Both the position numbers and the translations under genes were made by a program. A stretch of DNA of 64,000 nt from a virus. The notes under the pieces are model-generated. The model saw only the letters and a program-made list of their open reading frames with translations, was not told the DNA's origin and searched no databases. Of this stretch, positions 8,901 through 16,856 are shown piece after piece. The stretch spans positions 10,694 through 74,693 of IMG/VR virus record IMGVR_UViG_3300031920_000103, one strand, 5' to 3'. Numbering within the stretch: position 1 is the first letter of the stretch; every line of letters starts with the position of its first letter.

Positions 8901-9405
8901 AGTGCACGGGTACGCTACTTTGCCCGTCACCAAACAAGTACGTGTACCCTCGTGCGGCGGATGCGATCGGAACCTTGCTGCCGAACAAACTTTCGATCGA
9001 CGTTCTACCTAGCGCTAGAATCTTACCGGGCTTGGCTTCCCTGATCGTGTTGTGCAAGTAGCCTCGACACGCATCGATCTGATCCGACGTTGCTACACGC
9101 TTCGGCATACAACGAACCGCAAGCGTATAGGCAACCGGGCCGGGGTGTAGTCGTTTGATCAGATCCTTTACCCAAACCCGCTCTCGGCTGACGAATGATT
9201 TGTTGCGCGAGTCCTCTTCTCGTTGTGGTGCGTCGCCAACAACGAGCAACCCACCGGGTGCCCAATTTATCGGCTCGCTACGAACGCACGTCGACCTATT
9301 CGTGCCGCCAAGATCGCAAAGGTTGCAATCGTGGTTGCGTGCTAGGGGCGCAACTGTCTCGACCGCTAAGCGCGGATCGTCAGGGTAGAGCGGTAGTCGT
9401 TTCAT
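5953..9405 (-). CDS. polA: Family A DNA polymerase with N-terminal UDG-like domain, 3'-5' exonuclease and an intein
   Basis: Exo motifs FDVETSG, YVKYD and YCARDA. Pol motifs ADYSQIELR, RRASKMINFGLLYG and VHD. UDG4-like N-terminus CNLC..GDAP..VRC..DAC. Confidence 0.95.
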   Translation of the reverse strand: MKRLPLYPDDPRLAVETVAPLARNHDCNLCDLGGTNRSTCVRSEPINWAPGGLLVVGDAPQREEDSRNKSFVSRERVWVKDLIKRLHPGPVAYTLAVRCMPKRVATSDQIDACRGYLHNTIREAKPGKILALGRTSIESLFGSKVPIASAARGYTYLFGDGQSSVPVHFLNSPWFVHRNKYLRTEFVNDLTRILQEDAPQKPPWHESARLVQTAQDATVAAKQLRNAGAFTFDVETSGRQWDNDFQIIALAAVARGSDSPWVWCVDALRDPAIRMPLLDVLADKTTKVSGQYVKYDTLSIRSAYGVQVNRIDHDTRLSRKLTYPEADATLGTMGHLVGMGGHKNEASESIASGLREVQRRIRALSKAKPTAKDISEQGTKLLPYLDPAIESLIRLGQDPKKYKYAFMPKSVLLRYCARDAVATSRLIDHNLNEINVHNPELAYAWNTVLQPVSEALDQVEAWGMGVSKDAIENVSQYCRAQLLTIDARLAPYNINPGSAKQLRELLFVKLKLPITKKTPKGEPSTDKSVLTTLAAHHPVVQDIIDHRKYAKLDGTYATGLQQHIRADGRIHPNLKPDGTRSGRWSCVVGDTPILTQRGYVAIVGVVAGDLVWTHEKRWQPVLHNLDQGVRTVYDIRLANGEVLTCTSDHRILRSGGDWITVGELLERFKKVDKLPDTPARGFVPVSTTAPVADTRADRETVGHYAPQRFARGQTQHADRRTDGATQVALFGLQDRDKESHEGQDRQSAPQLERGMRGRLRVSDVSAQRQAGICASGSNGQIFGLVESPGENGGAPYRRGSEEQRHRQSSVGDSSRPQHYPFLAGSGEQSIAVQEIRSRAAQSQVYDLTVATDHSYSAHGIFHHNCTDPNLQNLPSEKQYEGKVLRECFIAEPGHLLVSADYSQIELRVAAMLSGDKKMIEIYEAGDDFHMRTAQMVSIMAWGVDPAELLDENGDQTKKGAELRRASKMINFGLLYGMSDDALAASIGIEVMEANKLRRAILGNFSALDKWIKDQLRQAHKTGYTWTYWNGQKCRRRPLFDLADPDGQKRSTAERASWNTAVQGTAGEYNNMSMVELVKWVKEDCIPSRVIMAVHDCALQEVEEDALYEVIEGTERIMTQWFSYGVPLVVDIEVGRSWGAMTSDRTKWASL
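6814..7650 (-). mobile_element. 279-aa intein in PolA
   Basis: SGRWS|CVVGDTPILT...TCTSDHRIL...VYDLTVATDHSYSAHGIFHHN|CTDPNLQN. C1, block B TxxH, terminal HN and C+1 are all present. Confidence 0.93.
6858..7412 (-). CDS. HTH/NUMOD-HNH endonuclease nested in the +1 frame inside the PolA intein
   Basis: TTG start with AGGAGA at 7418-7423. HTH LTLEQIAKLLGTTHHNVSHV; KNPMKGK..HHNWKG; VHRAVM..VVHHIDEDPKNNDIDNLAL..HNTIH. Confidence 0.88.
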   Translation of the reverse strand: MSVSKKWTSCQIHQHEVLCLYRQLHPLLTLEQIAKLLGTTHHNVSHVVKHNMPTAERTALRKLRYSDSKTGTKNPMKGKTGKAHHNWKGVCEDGYGYLTCLHNGKREFVHRAVMAKFSGLSSLPEKMVVHHIDEDPKNNDIDNLALVTRPGHNTIHFLQVAESKALQYRRSVAERRKAKFTTSQ

Positions 9406-9411
9406 TTTTTC

Positions 9412-10392
9412 CTATGGCACTACAGACGAAATCGCGCGGCGCAATCGGGAATCGAGAACGTCAGGTTTGATTTTCAAAAGCGCGGGTGCGGCGTTGCGCC
9501 ACTGCATACACTTTTCGTAAATGGCGTCGACCGTTTCGATTCCGTTTGCGACCATAATGTCCATCATGGGGATCAGACGAGTCTCTTTCGAGCATAGATC
9601 GAAAATCGGGTCGTCTATTTCTTCGGCTGACGGTTGCGCGTTCGAGCCTTCGGTGATCTCTGGTGCCGGTGCTGCGGCTTTTTTAGCGGCCGTTTTCTCG
9701 ATCGCGTCGTCAAATTCCGCGTCGGCTGCGGCGTCAGAGTCGCACGAGCACTCGACCTCGCCGCAAGTCAGGCAATACAGTCGCCCTTTTGCATCCTTGG
9801 CCCAACCATCGGGCACGGAGTCGTCAGAAAGATCGACAACGGTAAACGCGGGGCCGTCGCCGGGCTCTTTTTCGGCCTCATCGGGCTCGGGAACTGCGGC
9901 GCGCGGGGCCGTGGCCGTGCCTACCCCGCTAGACTGCGGAGGATCGTCCATGTCGCCCGCATCGACAACCGATGCTGCAACCATGGGGGCTGACTCTTCG
10001 GGCGCTGTAGCGGCTTTGTCGGCTGCGATCTGCGCCTTTGTGCGCCTAACCCGCTTGCGTTTTTCCGGCTTGGCGGGTGCGTCCTCCGTCGCGATCGTTG
10101 CCTCGTGATTGGCAACCTTTGCCTGCACCTCAACCGGGGCTGTCTCGACCGGCGGTGCCGTCTTTGGTCGAGCGGGCAACGTTGGGGCCTCAGTAAGTTT
10201 AGACCCGATCGATTTCGTCGTTGCGGGTGCGCTACCAGCCAACGTGTTTAGCAGATCCATCGCCTGCGACGATTCCATATCGCCAAACGAAAGCGAGCCC
10301 TCCGCATGGTTAAAAGAAAACGGCACTTCTCGCCCGCGAATTGTGATCGTTCCATCCATATTTTTTAGTTTCAACATGTCCCATCTCCTCAA
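9412..10392 (-). CDS. Hypothetical protein with long Ala/Pro/acidic linker
   Basis: Fills the space between primase and polymerase. Contains a basic KRKRVRRTKAQIAAD segment and CxxC...C.C. The start may be 10377. Confidence 0.7.
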   Translation of the reverse strand: MRRWDMLKLKNMDGTITIRGREVPFSFNHAEGSLSFGDMESSQAMDLLNTLAGSAPATTKSIGSKLTEAPTLPARPKTAPPVETAPVEVQAKVANHEATIATEDAPAKPEKRKRVRRTKAQIAADKAATAPEESAPMVAASVVDAGDMDDPPQSSGVGTATAPRAAVPEPDEAEKEPGDGPAFTVVDLSDDSVPDGWAKDAKGRLYCLTCGEVECSCDSDAAADAEFDDAIEKTAAKKAAAPAPEITEGSNAQPSAEEIDDPIFDLCSKETRLIPMMDIMVANGIETVDAIYEKCMQWRNAAPALLKIKPDVLDSRLRRAISSVVP

Positions 10393-11237
10393 GCGTTGAT
10401 GCTTTCTCGTGCTGCTTTTCGCAACCAGTTTGGATCGACGCTGTTTGGATCTGCCTTTGGTGGCAAGCGCACGAAACCCGCGCGCCTCCCTTCAAAGCGC
10501 AAACTCATTGCGAGTGCGTCACCCTCGCGATGAGCGTCGCCATCAAGAGCGATAGCTAGCGGTCTACTCGAAAGCATTAGTGCGTCTACGTGTTCTTTGA
10601 TCGGCTTGCCCAAACATGCGACCGCATCGGGCCAGTAAGGTAGCGCGTCAAATACACCCTCGACAACGATCACCGGTTCGTCTGTGTCTACAAACAAGGC
10701 GTCGTGGTTGTAGAGCAAATCGCGTTTCATTCCCTTGGGGTATCGATAGCGCAACTCTGCGGTGTCAGTCCAGTCGCGGGCAACGTATCCCAGCCAACCG
10801 CCGTCAGGCGTTGGGTTGATCGGTACGACGACGCGAGCCTCGAAAAATCCCGACACGCACGCCCCGATCCCAGCCGCGCAAATCGTCTCGTCGCTGATAC
10901 CTCGACCGAGCATGTAATCCCAAGCCGGTTTGAGTGAGAAAGAATCGCGCTCGTGCTCCAAAGCAAAAAAACCTTCGGGCTTCTCGATGTCCACGCGCTC
11001 GATCGGTGCGTCCTCTGGCATGTCTGTTTCGAGGTCTGCCGGTAGGTCTGTTTTTCCGTGAATCCCGCAGCGAAAACAGTGATAGCCGCCGCTAGATGCG
11101 CACACGCCAAGAGCACCGCGCCTGTCCTCTTTGCCCGTTCGATCGAAACAAAACGGGCACCGGGTACGGTACCAACCTGACGAGCCAAGCGTTGAGTGCC
11201 TGAGCGCGGAAATAATATCTTGATCATGCTCCCTCAT
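10389..11237 (-). CDS. DNA primase (Zn finger + TOPRIM)
   Basis: CPFC..CFRC zinc finger, RVVVP, VVEGVFDAL, LDGDA and ADPNS. Likely ATG 11237. Confidence 0.88.
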   Translation of the reverse strand: MREHDQDIISALRHSTLGSSGWYRTRCPFCFDRTGKEDRRGALGVCASSGGYHCFRCGIHGKTDLPADLETDMPEDAPIERVDIEKPEGFFALEHERDSFSLKPAWDYMLGRGISDETICAAGIGACVSGFFEARVVVPINPTPDGGWLGYVARDWTDTAELRYRYPKGMKRDLLYNHDALFVDTDEPVIVVEGVFDALPYWPDAVACLGKPIKEHVDALMLSSRPLAIALDGDAHREGDALAMSLRFEGRRAGFVRLPPKADPNSVDPNWLRKAARESINA

Positions 11238-11245
11238 CGTGTCCG

Positions 11246-11476
11246 TTAAGCTGAAACATATTTTTCTCGTATACGGACATTCGCCGGCTCGATTTTTCCG
11301 GCGAGTAATGGGAACCACCACCCGCGATTTTTCGAGTTGCCGCGTAGATGGTGCGCCGGAACCAATCCCGCAACCGCCCAACGTATAATTTCAACGAGTG
11401 AACAGTTGTAGAAATCCGCTGCCTCATCCGCAGCACCCCATTGCTCTCTGCCTCGTCTTGTTTGCATCTGGATCAT
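11246..11476 (-). CDS. Small excisionase-like HTH protein
   Basis: AADEAADFYNCSLVEIIRWAVAGLVPA pattern. ATG overlaps the dnaB stop. Confidence 0.55.
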   Translation of the reverse strand: MIQMQTRRGREQWGAADEAADFYNCSLVEIIRWAVAGLVPAHHLRGNSKNRGWWFPLLAGKIEPANVRIREKYVSA

Positions 11477-13872
11477 GTCCTATCTACGTCCCGCGCAACC
11501 ATGGCGATCATGCCGTGCGCAAAGTCGTGAGGTGCGGGGCCTACTTTAAAGCGGCTTCGCCCGGTTCGGTGTTTCGCAACGTAAAATTCCATCTCGTCGC
11601 CCTCATCGCCGCGCAAGTTCAACGTTATAACTAGATCCGCGATACGCCCTTTGTGCATCGAATCAGACATATCGTTTAAATCGTGGATCTTGCTTTTGTC
11701 AGACGATCGAGTTGCTTGGCAAGCGGTCCACCCAAAAATTCCGCGCTCGTCGATTATGTTGCGCAAACCCTCGTATACAATTTTTTGTGCGTTGTAGTCG
11801 CCGCTCTCTTTAGGTGCGCCCATTCGATCGGCGTAGTCAACAATCAGAACGTCAACGGGCCGCCCCTCTTGTTGCTCGCAGTTATCTACCCATGCGCGAA
11901 TGTCGTGGTGCGTAGTCGTGAAAGGCGAAAACTCTTTTGTTATCCCTAGACCGAGACCGGGCCGGTGCGCGTTGGTCGGGAACTTTCTAGCGCCTAGGTG
12001 GTTTAGCCTTTTTATACATTCGTCCTCGCCATCGCCTGACGTGATCGAGTCGATCGACATGTCGGTCAGATTGGCTTTTATCCGCGCGAGCACTTCGCCC
12101 TCTGGAATCTCAAGCGTTGCGTATAGTACCGTCAGACCATCGTACAACGACTGTGCGGCTATATGGCTCAGACCCATCGAGTTGTGCGTGATGGTGAAGT
12201 CGCCTAGCAAGAAACGGTGATCGCCGTCTAGGGAGAACCCGTAGTAGTCGCCAGTGCCTACCGGGGCAACAGAGAACCCTGTGCGTAGCGGGTTCTTTGG
12301 CTGCCTCCTTGGCGTTGGTCTTTTCCGTTCGAGCCTAAGCGGTATGTCGTACAGCGTATCACCGACGATGCCAACGCGGTGATACGTGCCGACCTTCGGC
12401 CCGCCTTTAGCGTTGGTGCATTCTTTTTGCACGGGTGCGACGGTGGCCGCGTATCCTAGCGACCTGCACACAAACGCAATGTCGTTCGCTAACCGTAGCG
12501 ACTTTATAGTTATCTCAAAGCCAGATTTATTAGAGGATCCGTCCGAGTCAAGCAGCCCTGCTAGGGTAGCCAAGCGCACTGAGCGCGGTGCAGCGCGGTA
12601 CGCGTGGGGTATGAATTTATCGCCAGCCCCGCAGCCCCACAAGCCCAACTCGCGTACAGCCTCGCGCACGGGGTTTTTCTTACCCATGGTACCGGTAAGC
12701 TCGTGGGAGAAAGTAGTTGGGCTTGCTTTGCTCCCGTACGTTTTGATTTTCAGCCCCCACCGCTCGCACTCCTCAACCACTAGCTCGCGAATTTCGTCGT
12801 CTTTGGAAGTTAGCCGCAGATTATCCTTTAGCGAACCGTCGCCCAAAAGCGCGCCAAGGAAATACGGGTCTAGCGGCATAGCGCTGGTGCTTGGTAGCTC
12901 CCCGAACTCCACCGCGCCGGCGTGGACTAGCTTAGAGTCATTCCTGCGCCTAGTTGACCAAGTAAGCCATTCGCGCAACGGTACATCGACGAGATCGTTG
13001 CTGTACCTCTTGCCCGACAAAACCACGGTTAATACATGATCTAGGTTTACCCTAAAAGTGTCGCCTATGCGCTTTGGTACTATATCGAAAAGCTCCGAAC
13101 GCCCTACGTTTGTCCCCAGCACAACGCGTGGTGTGCTGTCCGGCCCCATAACCGTGTCGCCAACAATAACGCTCTGCACAGCCTTTACGGTGCCGTCATA
13201 CATCAACACAGGCGTGCCTTTTGCTAAGCATTTACCGTCGCCCGCGCCGCCAACGATCACACCTAGCGCTTTGCGCGCGAGCCCGCCGTTTAGCTGCATG
13301 TCTAGATCTTCGATACCTGTTGGCAGGCGTTGGATTCTGCGCAACGATCTAATCGCCTCGAAAGATGCGGGGCCTATTCGCGTGCCTTGGCTTGTGTCGA
13401 CTTCACCGATGCGCCCGGCGTCGATCATCTCTTGGCCGATTTCGTCGAGGTCGGTGCCCTTGCCGTGTGCGGTGATCGCTTTTCGCACTGCGGCTTGCTG
13501 TGCTCTGCGCTGTAGTATCGGCGCAACCTCCGAGACAACCTCATCCTCTTGCGGTAGCCCCCGATCGTCCGCGTCCTCTAGCAACTCACCGACCGCGCGG
13601 ATCTCTTCGAGAGTCATTTTGCCCTCATCGCGAAATCGTCGCATCCGTTGAATCACTAGCAACGGGTCGCTAGGACCGCGACCGAGATCGTTTGCGATTG
13701 CTCGCAGCGCTTCTAGTGCTTTGCGGCACGCCGGGTCGCGCAACAAATCCACGTCAAGAGATTTGCCTATGCGCCCCCAAAACTGCGGGCGTTGGCAACA
13801 CAGCGCTATGATCGTCCGCTCAAAGTCGAGCCCGAAACCATAGCTATCGTTTGATCCGTCTGTTAGCCCCAT
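11473..13872 (-). CDS. dnaB: DnaB-like replicative helicase with intein
   Basis: LPTGIEDLD..GGL, Walker A GGAGDGK|S split by the intein, TLE, LIVDYAD, ACQ, KHRTG. Confidence 0.93.
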   Translation of the reverse strand: MGLTDGSNDSYGFGLDFERTIIALCCQRPQFWGRIGKSLDVDLLRDPACRKALEALRAIANDLGRGPSDPLLVIQRMRRFRDEGKMTLEEIRAVGELLEDADDRGLPQEDEVVSEVAPILQRRAQQAAVRKAITAHGKGTDLDEIGQEMIDAGRIGEVDTSQGTRIGPASFEAIRSLRRIQRLPTGIEDLDMQLNGGLARKALGVIVGGAGDGKCLAKGTPVLMYDGTVKAVQSVIVGDTVMGPDSTPRVVLGTNVGRSELFDIVPKRIGDTFRVNLDHVLTVVLSGKRYSNDLVDVPLREWLTWSTRRRNDSKLVHAGAVEFGELPSTSAMPLDPYFLGALLGDGSLKDNLRLTSKDDEIRELVVEECERWGLKIKTYGSKASPTTFSHELTGTMGKKNPVREAVRELGLWGCGAGDKFIPHAYRAAPRSVRLATLAGLLDSDGSSNKSGFEITIKSLRLANDIAFVCRSLGYAATVAPVQKECTNAKGGPKVGTYHRVGIVGDTLYDIPLRLERKRPTPRRQPKNPLRTGFSVAPVGTGDYYGFSLDGDHRFLLGDFTITHNSMGLSHIAAQSLYDGLTVLYATLEIPEGEVLARIKANLTDMSIDSITSGDGEDECIKRLNHLGARKFPTNAHRPGLGLGITKEFSPFTTTHHDIRAWVDNCEQQEGRPVDVLIVDYADRMGAPKESGDYNAQKIVYEGLRNIIDERGIFGWTACQATRSSDKSKIHDLNDMSDSMHKGRIADLVITLNLRGDEGDEMEFYVAKHRTGRSRFKVGPAPHDFAHGMIAMVARDVDRT
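12181..13230 (-). mobile_element. 350-aa LAGLIDADG intein in the DnaB P-loop
   Basis: CLAKGTPVLM start, LGALLGDGS and LAGLLDSDG motifs, TITHN|S end. Confidence 0.95.
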
Positions 13873-13879
13873 CAGTCCA

Positions 13880-15511
13880 TCAATCCCAAAGGTATTCGCC
13901 GCGCGCTATGCGAAAGCGGAAGTTAGATAATTTCTCAGACGCTTCCGTTTTCGCGTTAGCAACCAATACACGATAGAGCCTGCCGGGGAAATGCTCGTCG
14001 ACAATTTCCTCAACGGATCGGTCGGTTCCGAGTAGATCCCTACGCATTGCGAAATAGCGTTTTTTCAAATCGTTGAACGATACGCCGGGCATTAGTGTAC
14101 CCGACGAGTACGACGTAACGCATCCGCGAAATAGTGCGCGCCATTTGGTGATCCGCGTTTCGTCAAACACCCACGCGGTCTTTGCTGCGTAGCTCCCCGC
14201 GTGTTCGTAGTAATTATCTACGGACCACGCCACCCATAGCGCCGGTTGCAAGTCATGCTCGATCATCAAACTAGCGCCGCGTGCGAGTATTTCGTAAATG
14301 CTCAGCTTGGCTTTCTTCGGCTTGCACTTTGCCGGCTTGCGCGGTTTTTTGATCGGGTCGTCTGGATTTTTTAACTTGGCTTTGTCGTACGCCGCTAAGT
14401 CTTTTTCCCAAGCCTTGAGTTTCTTCGCGGTGTCCTTCTCGGCCGTTACGATCGACGCGGCTTCCCGCTCTGCTAGCGTCTTGCTCGACTTGCGCGGTAT
14501 CTTGTTGAACTGCCAGACGTAGCCCTCGCTCGGTTCTTTGGGCTCGGTCAGCGTGGCTAGCGGGTTCTCGATCTTCGCCTTGAGGTATGCCGCGTGCTTG
14601 CGCGCCCACTCGCGGTGCGTGCGCTCGTATCGGTTGCGGTAGACGCCAAACATGATCGCGCGCAGTGTCTCGACCTGCTCGTGCTCGGGCAAGTTTTTGT
14701 CGAGTCGCGGCGGTGCGGGTATCTGCGCGGGACGAACAACGCTAGGACCGGGGAACGCGGGTATCATCGGATCAAACAAACGCTCGTCGTTGCGGTAACA
14801 AGTCGGCGCGTTCGTTGTTAGTTTAGATCCGATCGTTGAGTTGCTTGTATCGAGGTGAGTTGTAGTTGCGTCCTCAACTTCGATTTTTAAAAGAGAATTT
14901 TCGCCGTCTACGCACGGCGTGTCTTTTTCTTTAGAAAAAGAACTTACTGTATAAGCTAAAGGGGAACGTCTATGTAGTCCACTTTGATTCGGCCCCCTTA
15001 TGTAGTCCACTTTGATTTCTGTTTTGGCAACCTTGGCCAGACTTTTTGCGCTCGGCTTGCGCCCCGCGCCCTCGCGTTTACCGCCTCGCGACTTGAGTTG
15101 ATCGATACGACTGTGCAGATCACCCGGTACCGCGATCATGTCGCCGCGATATGCACAGAGCATCATTGCGCCGTATATGCGTTTTTTGTGCAGGGCTTTT
15201 GCCGTGCCTTTGCTCGGCACCCACCTGATCGTCTCGACGAGTCCGCACGATCGTAGCCGCACGAGCGAGTGCTTTATTTGCTTCGCTGTGAGCTTTTCCC
15301 AACCACGGCAAGCCATGTCTTTTCGCGCGAGCGTTTGGTGCGTTACGTGCGAGAATCCCTGCTCATCCCGGCACACGCAAAGTTTTTTCCAGACGCGCCA
15401 AGCGGTGTCGCCTAGCTTCGCGATAAAGTCAGCCTCTTTGTAGAGGTACCGCCCGGCGACCCAACCCTTGACATAAACCCCGTGATTTTTGGGGTACGCG
15501 GTCGTCGTCAT
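13880..15511 (-). CDS. Replication initiator-like protein (N-terminal winged HTH)
   Basis: wHTH-like AWRVWKKL..THQTLAR..KQIKHSLVRLRSCGLV and RGGKREGAGRKP. Lies directly upstream of dnaB and contains origin-like repeats. Confidence 0.6.
   Translation of the reverse strand: MTTTAYPKNHGVYVKGWVAGRYLYKEADFIAKLGDTAWRVWKKLCVCRDEQGFSHVTHQTLARKDMACRGWEKLTAKQIKHSLVRLRSCGLVETIRWVPSKGTAKALHKKRIYGAMMLCAYRGDMIAVPGDLHSRIDQLKSRGGKREGAGRKPSAKSLAKVAKTEIKVDYIRGPNQSGLHRRSPLAYTVSSFSKEKDTPCVDGENSLLKIEVEDATTTHLDTSNSTIGSKLTTNAPTCYRNDERLFDPMIPAFPGPSVVRPAQIPAPPRLDKNLPEHEQVETLRAIMFGVYRNRYERTHREWARKHAAYLKAKIENPLATLTEPKEPSEGYVWQFNKIPRKSSKTLAEREAASIVTAEKDTAKKLKAWEKDLAAYDKAKLKNPDDPIKKPRKPAKCKPKKAKLSIYEILARGASLMIEHDLQPALWVAWSVDNYYEHAGSYAAKTAWVFDETRITKWRALFRGCVTSYSSGTLMPGVSFNDLKKRYFAMRRDLLGTDRSVEEIVDEHFPGRLYRVLVANAKTEASEKLSNFRFRIARGEYLWD
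14902..15017. repeat. Candidate replication origin inside the initiator gene
   Basis: 19-nt direct repeat TATGTAGTCCACTTTGATT at 14971-14989 and 14999-15017. Next to it are the AT-rich palindrome TCTTTTTCT-TT-AGAAAAAGA (14922-14941) and a CGCCGT/ACGGCG hairpin. Confidence 0.55.
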
Positions 15512-15543
15512 ATTTGGGCCTCAAGTGTTGAGGGCATAGAAAA

Positions 15544-15659
15544 GCTCCGAAACTCTAGGGGTGAGGTGTTGTTAGGTGCTTGGCGTAACTGCGTTCAGTC
15601 GGATCCCACGAGACAACCGAACACAGCCTGACAACAACACACCCCTACAATTTCGGAGC
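15544..15659. other. Long imperfect inverted repeat upstream of the initiator gene
   Basis: 33-nt arms at 15544-15576 and 15627-15659, 28/33 complementary, around a 50-nt interior. Confidence 0.8.
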
Positions 15660-16161
15660 GGTAAAACTGGTCGTGATTTGATTTGTTTTTAACGTGGGTT
15701 CTTATACAGCAACCCGCCCGAAACGCCAAGTTAGGACGGACTGACCTTCTAGCCCCATTCGTGGGGCGAGGTCAACCGCCTAGTTGTCCCGATCCGCATT
15801 TTTGTTTTCGGGGCAGATCCCGTCCTCGCCTTATCAGCACCCTGTGTGTAACTTTGTACACTTTTTCTGCGCATGTTGCGCGTAGAGCAAAGTTGTCGAG
15901 CTTGCGCCCCGTGTGTGCGCTACAATGCCTTTGCGCGGGGGAAAGCACAGAGTTGTCGTCGTGTCCCGCATTAGATATAGGTGCCCATTTTGTCAATGGT
16001 CGCAAGCCTTGCTTGTTTGTCCGCTAGACGACACCCATAGAACCGTCCTACCGATCACCCTGTGCGCGCATCTAGTGCGCGCGGATCGGTGTCTTGTCTG
16101 CGATTGCTACGGCGTTTACGGCAATTGGCCGCTGACGTACATGGCTCGTTTTTTCGAGTAG

Positions 16162-16520
16162 CTAGTCGCCTCTTGGCAAAGTGTCGTCGAAATTCTCGTG
16201 CTGATCTCCGACAAGCTCAAAGTCTGTATCGATGCGCCCGGAACTCGCCGCCATGCGCAACGGGATATTGTTGCCAGGGCCTAGTTGATGCGCCAGCCAA
16301 CCGACGCACGGTTTCTCGCCGCCCTCGGTGTTGCTTTCGTGGCACGCCATCATGCGCAAACCTCGATTGCGCGACAACTGCGCGAGCACGTCACCACTGG
16401 CGATCGTGTCCGCTAGATTCGCGTGCTTGATTTCGCAATACCCGTTTGGGATATCGTACGGATCGGTGTCGACCTTCCACGGACAAGCACCGCACTAGCG
16501 TCGGTGTGTTTGCGGCTCAT
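16162..16520 (-). pseudogene. DUF6283-like Cys/His protein with a frame break near the N-terminus
   Basis: The frame CGACPWK...MACH...CVGWLAH begins right after an in-frame TAG (16495-16497). The RBS-backed ATG at 16520 is in another frame. Confidence 0.5.
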
Positions 16521-16819
16521 GGTTTGTTCCCTCTGGCTACGAAAATTTCTATGCACGTCTCGCAAAGATCTTCGGGTAGCAGTGCGCTAATTATTTGGTC
16601 TCGCCGGCACGTGGCTAGAAAGTAACCCATCCCGCACAGCGTCGCGCCTTGCCTGCGATCTACCATGCGATCTACCATGCGATCCGTTTTCCTGCACAGA
16701 TGCGGCCCCAATAGGTTTCGCCTCGCGCCGTTTGTGCGGACTACCGCAAAGTTGTGGATATGCGGCAACCCAAGTCGAACTAGGGTTTCGAGTGCTTTTA
16801 GGTCGTCGCTTAGGAACAT
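16517..16819 (-). CDS. Hypothetical protein
   Basis: ATG 6 nt after a -10 box. Contains a 12-nt tandem duplication (DRMVDRMV). Confidence 0.6.
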   Translation of the reverse strand: MFLSDDLKALETLVRLGLPHIHNFAVVRTNGARRNLLGPHLCRKTDRMVDRMVDRRQGATLCGMGYFLATCRRDQIISALLPEDLCETCIEIFVARGNKP

Positions 16820-16825
16820 GATTTT

Positions 16826-16854
16826 ATCTTATCCGTGTAAAGTAAGTCAGTCAA
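16826..16854 (-). promoter_or_regulatory. sigma70-type promoter
   Basis: TTGACT-N17-TAAGAT, 6 nt before ATG 16819. Confidence 0.75.
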
Positions 16855-16856
16855 AA

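Noticed and set aside
12181-13230. DnaB intein as a novelty
   Set aside because: A canonical LAGLIDADG intein at a well-known P-loop site.
15960-15996. TTGACA promoter for the replication operon (minus strand)
   Set aside because: A perfect -35 is present, but no good -10 at 16-18 nt spacing.
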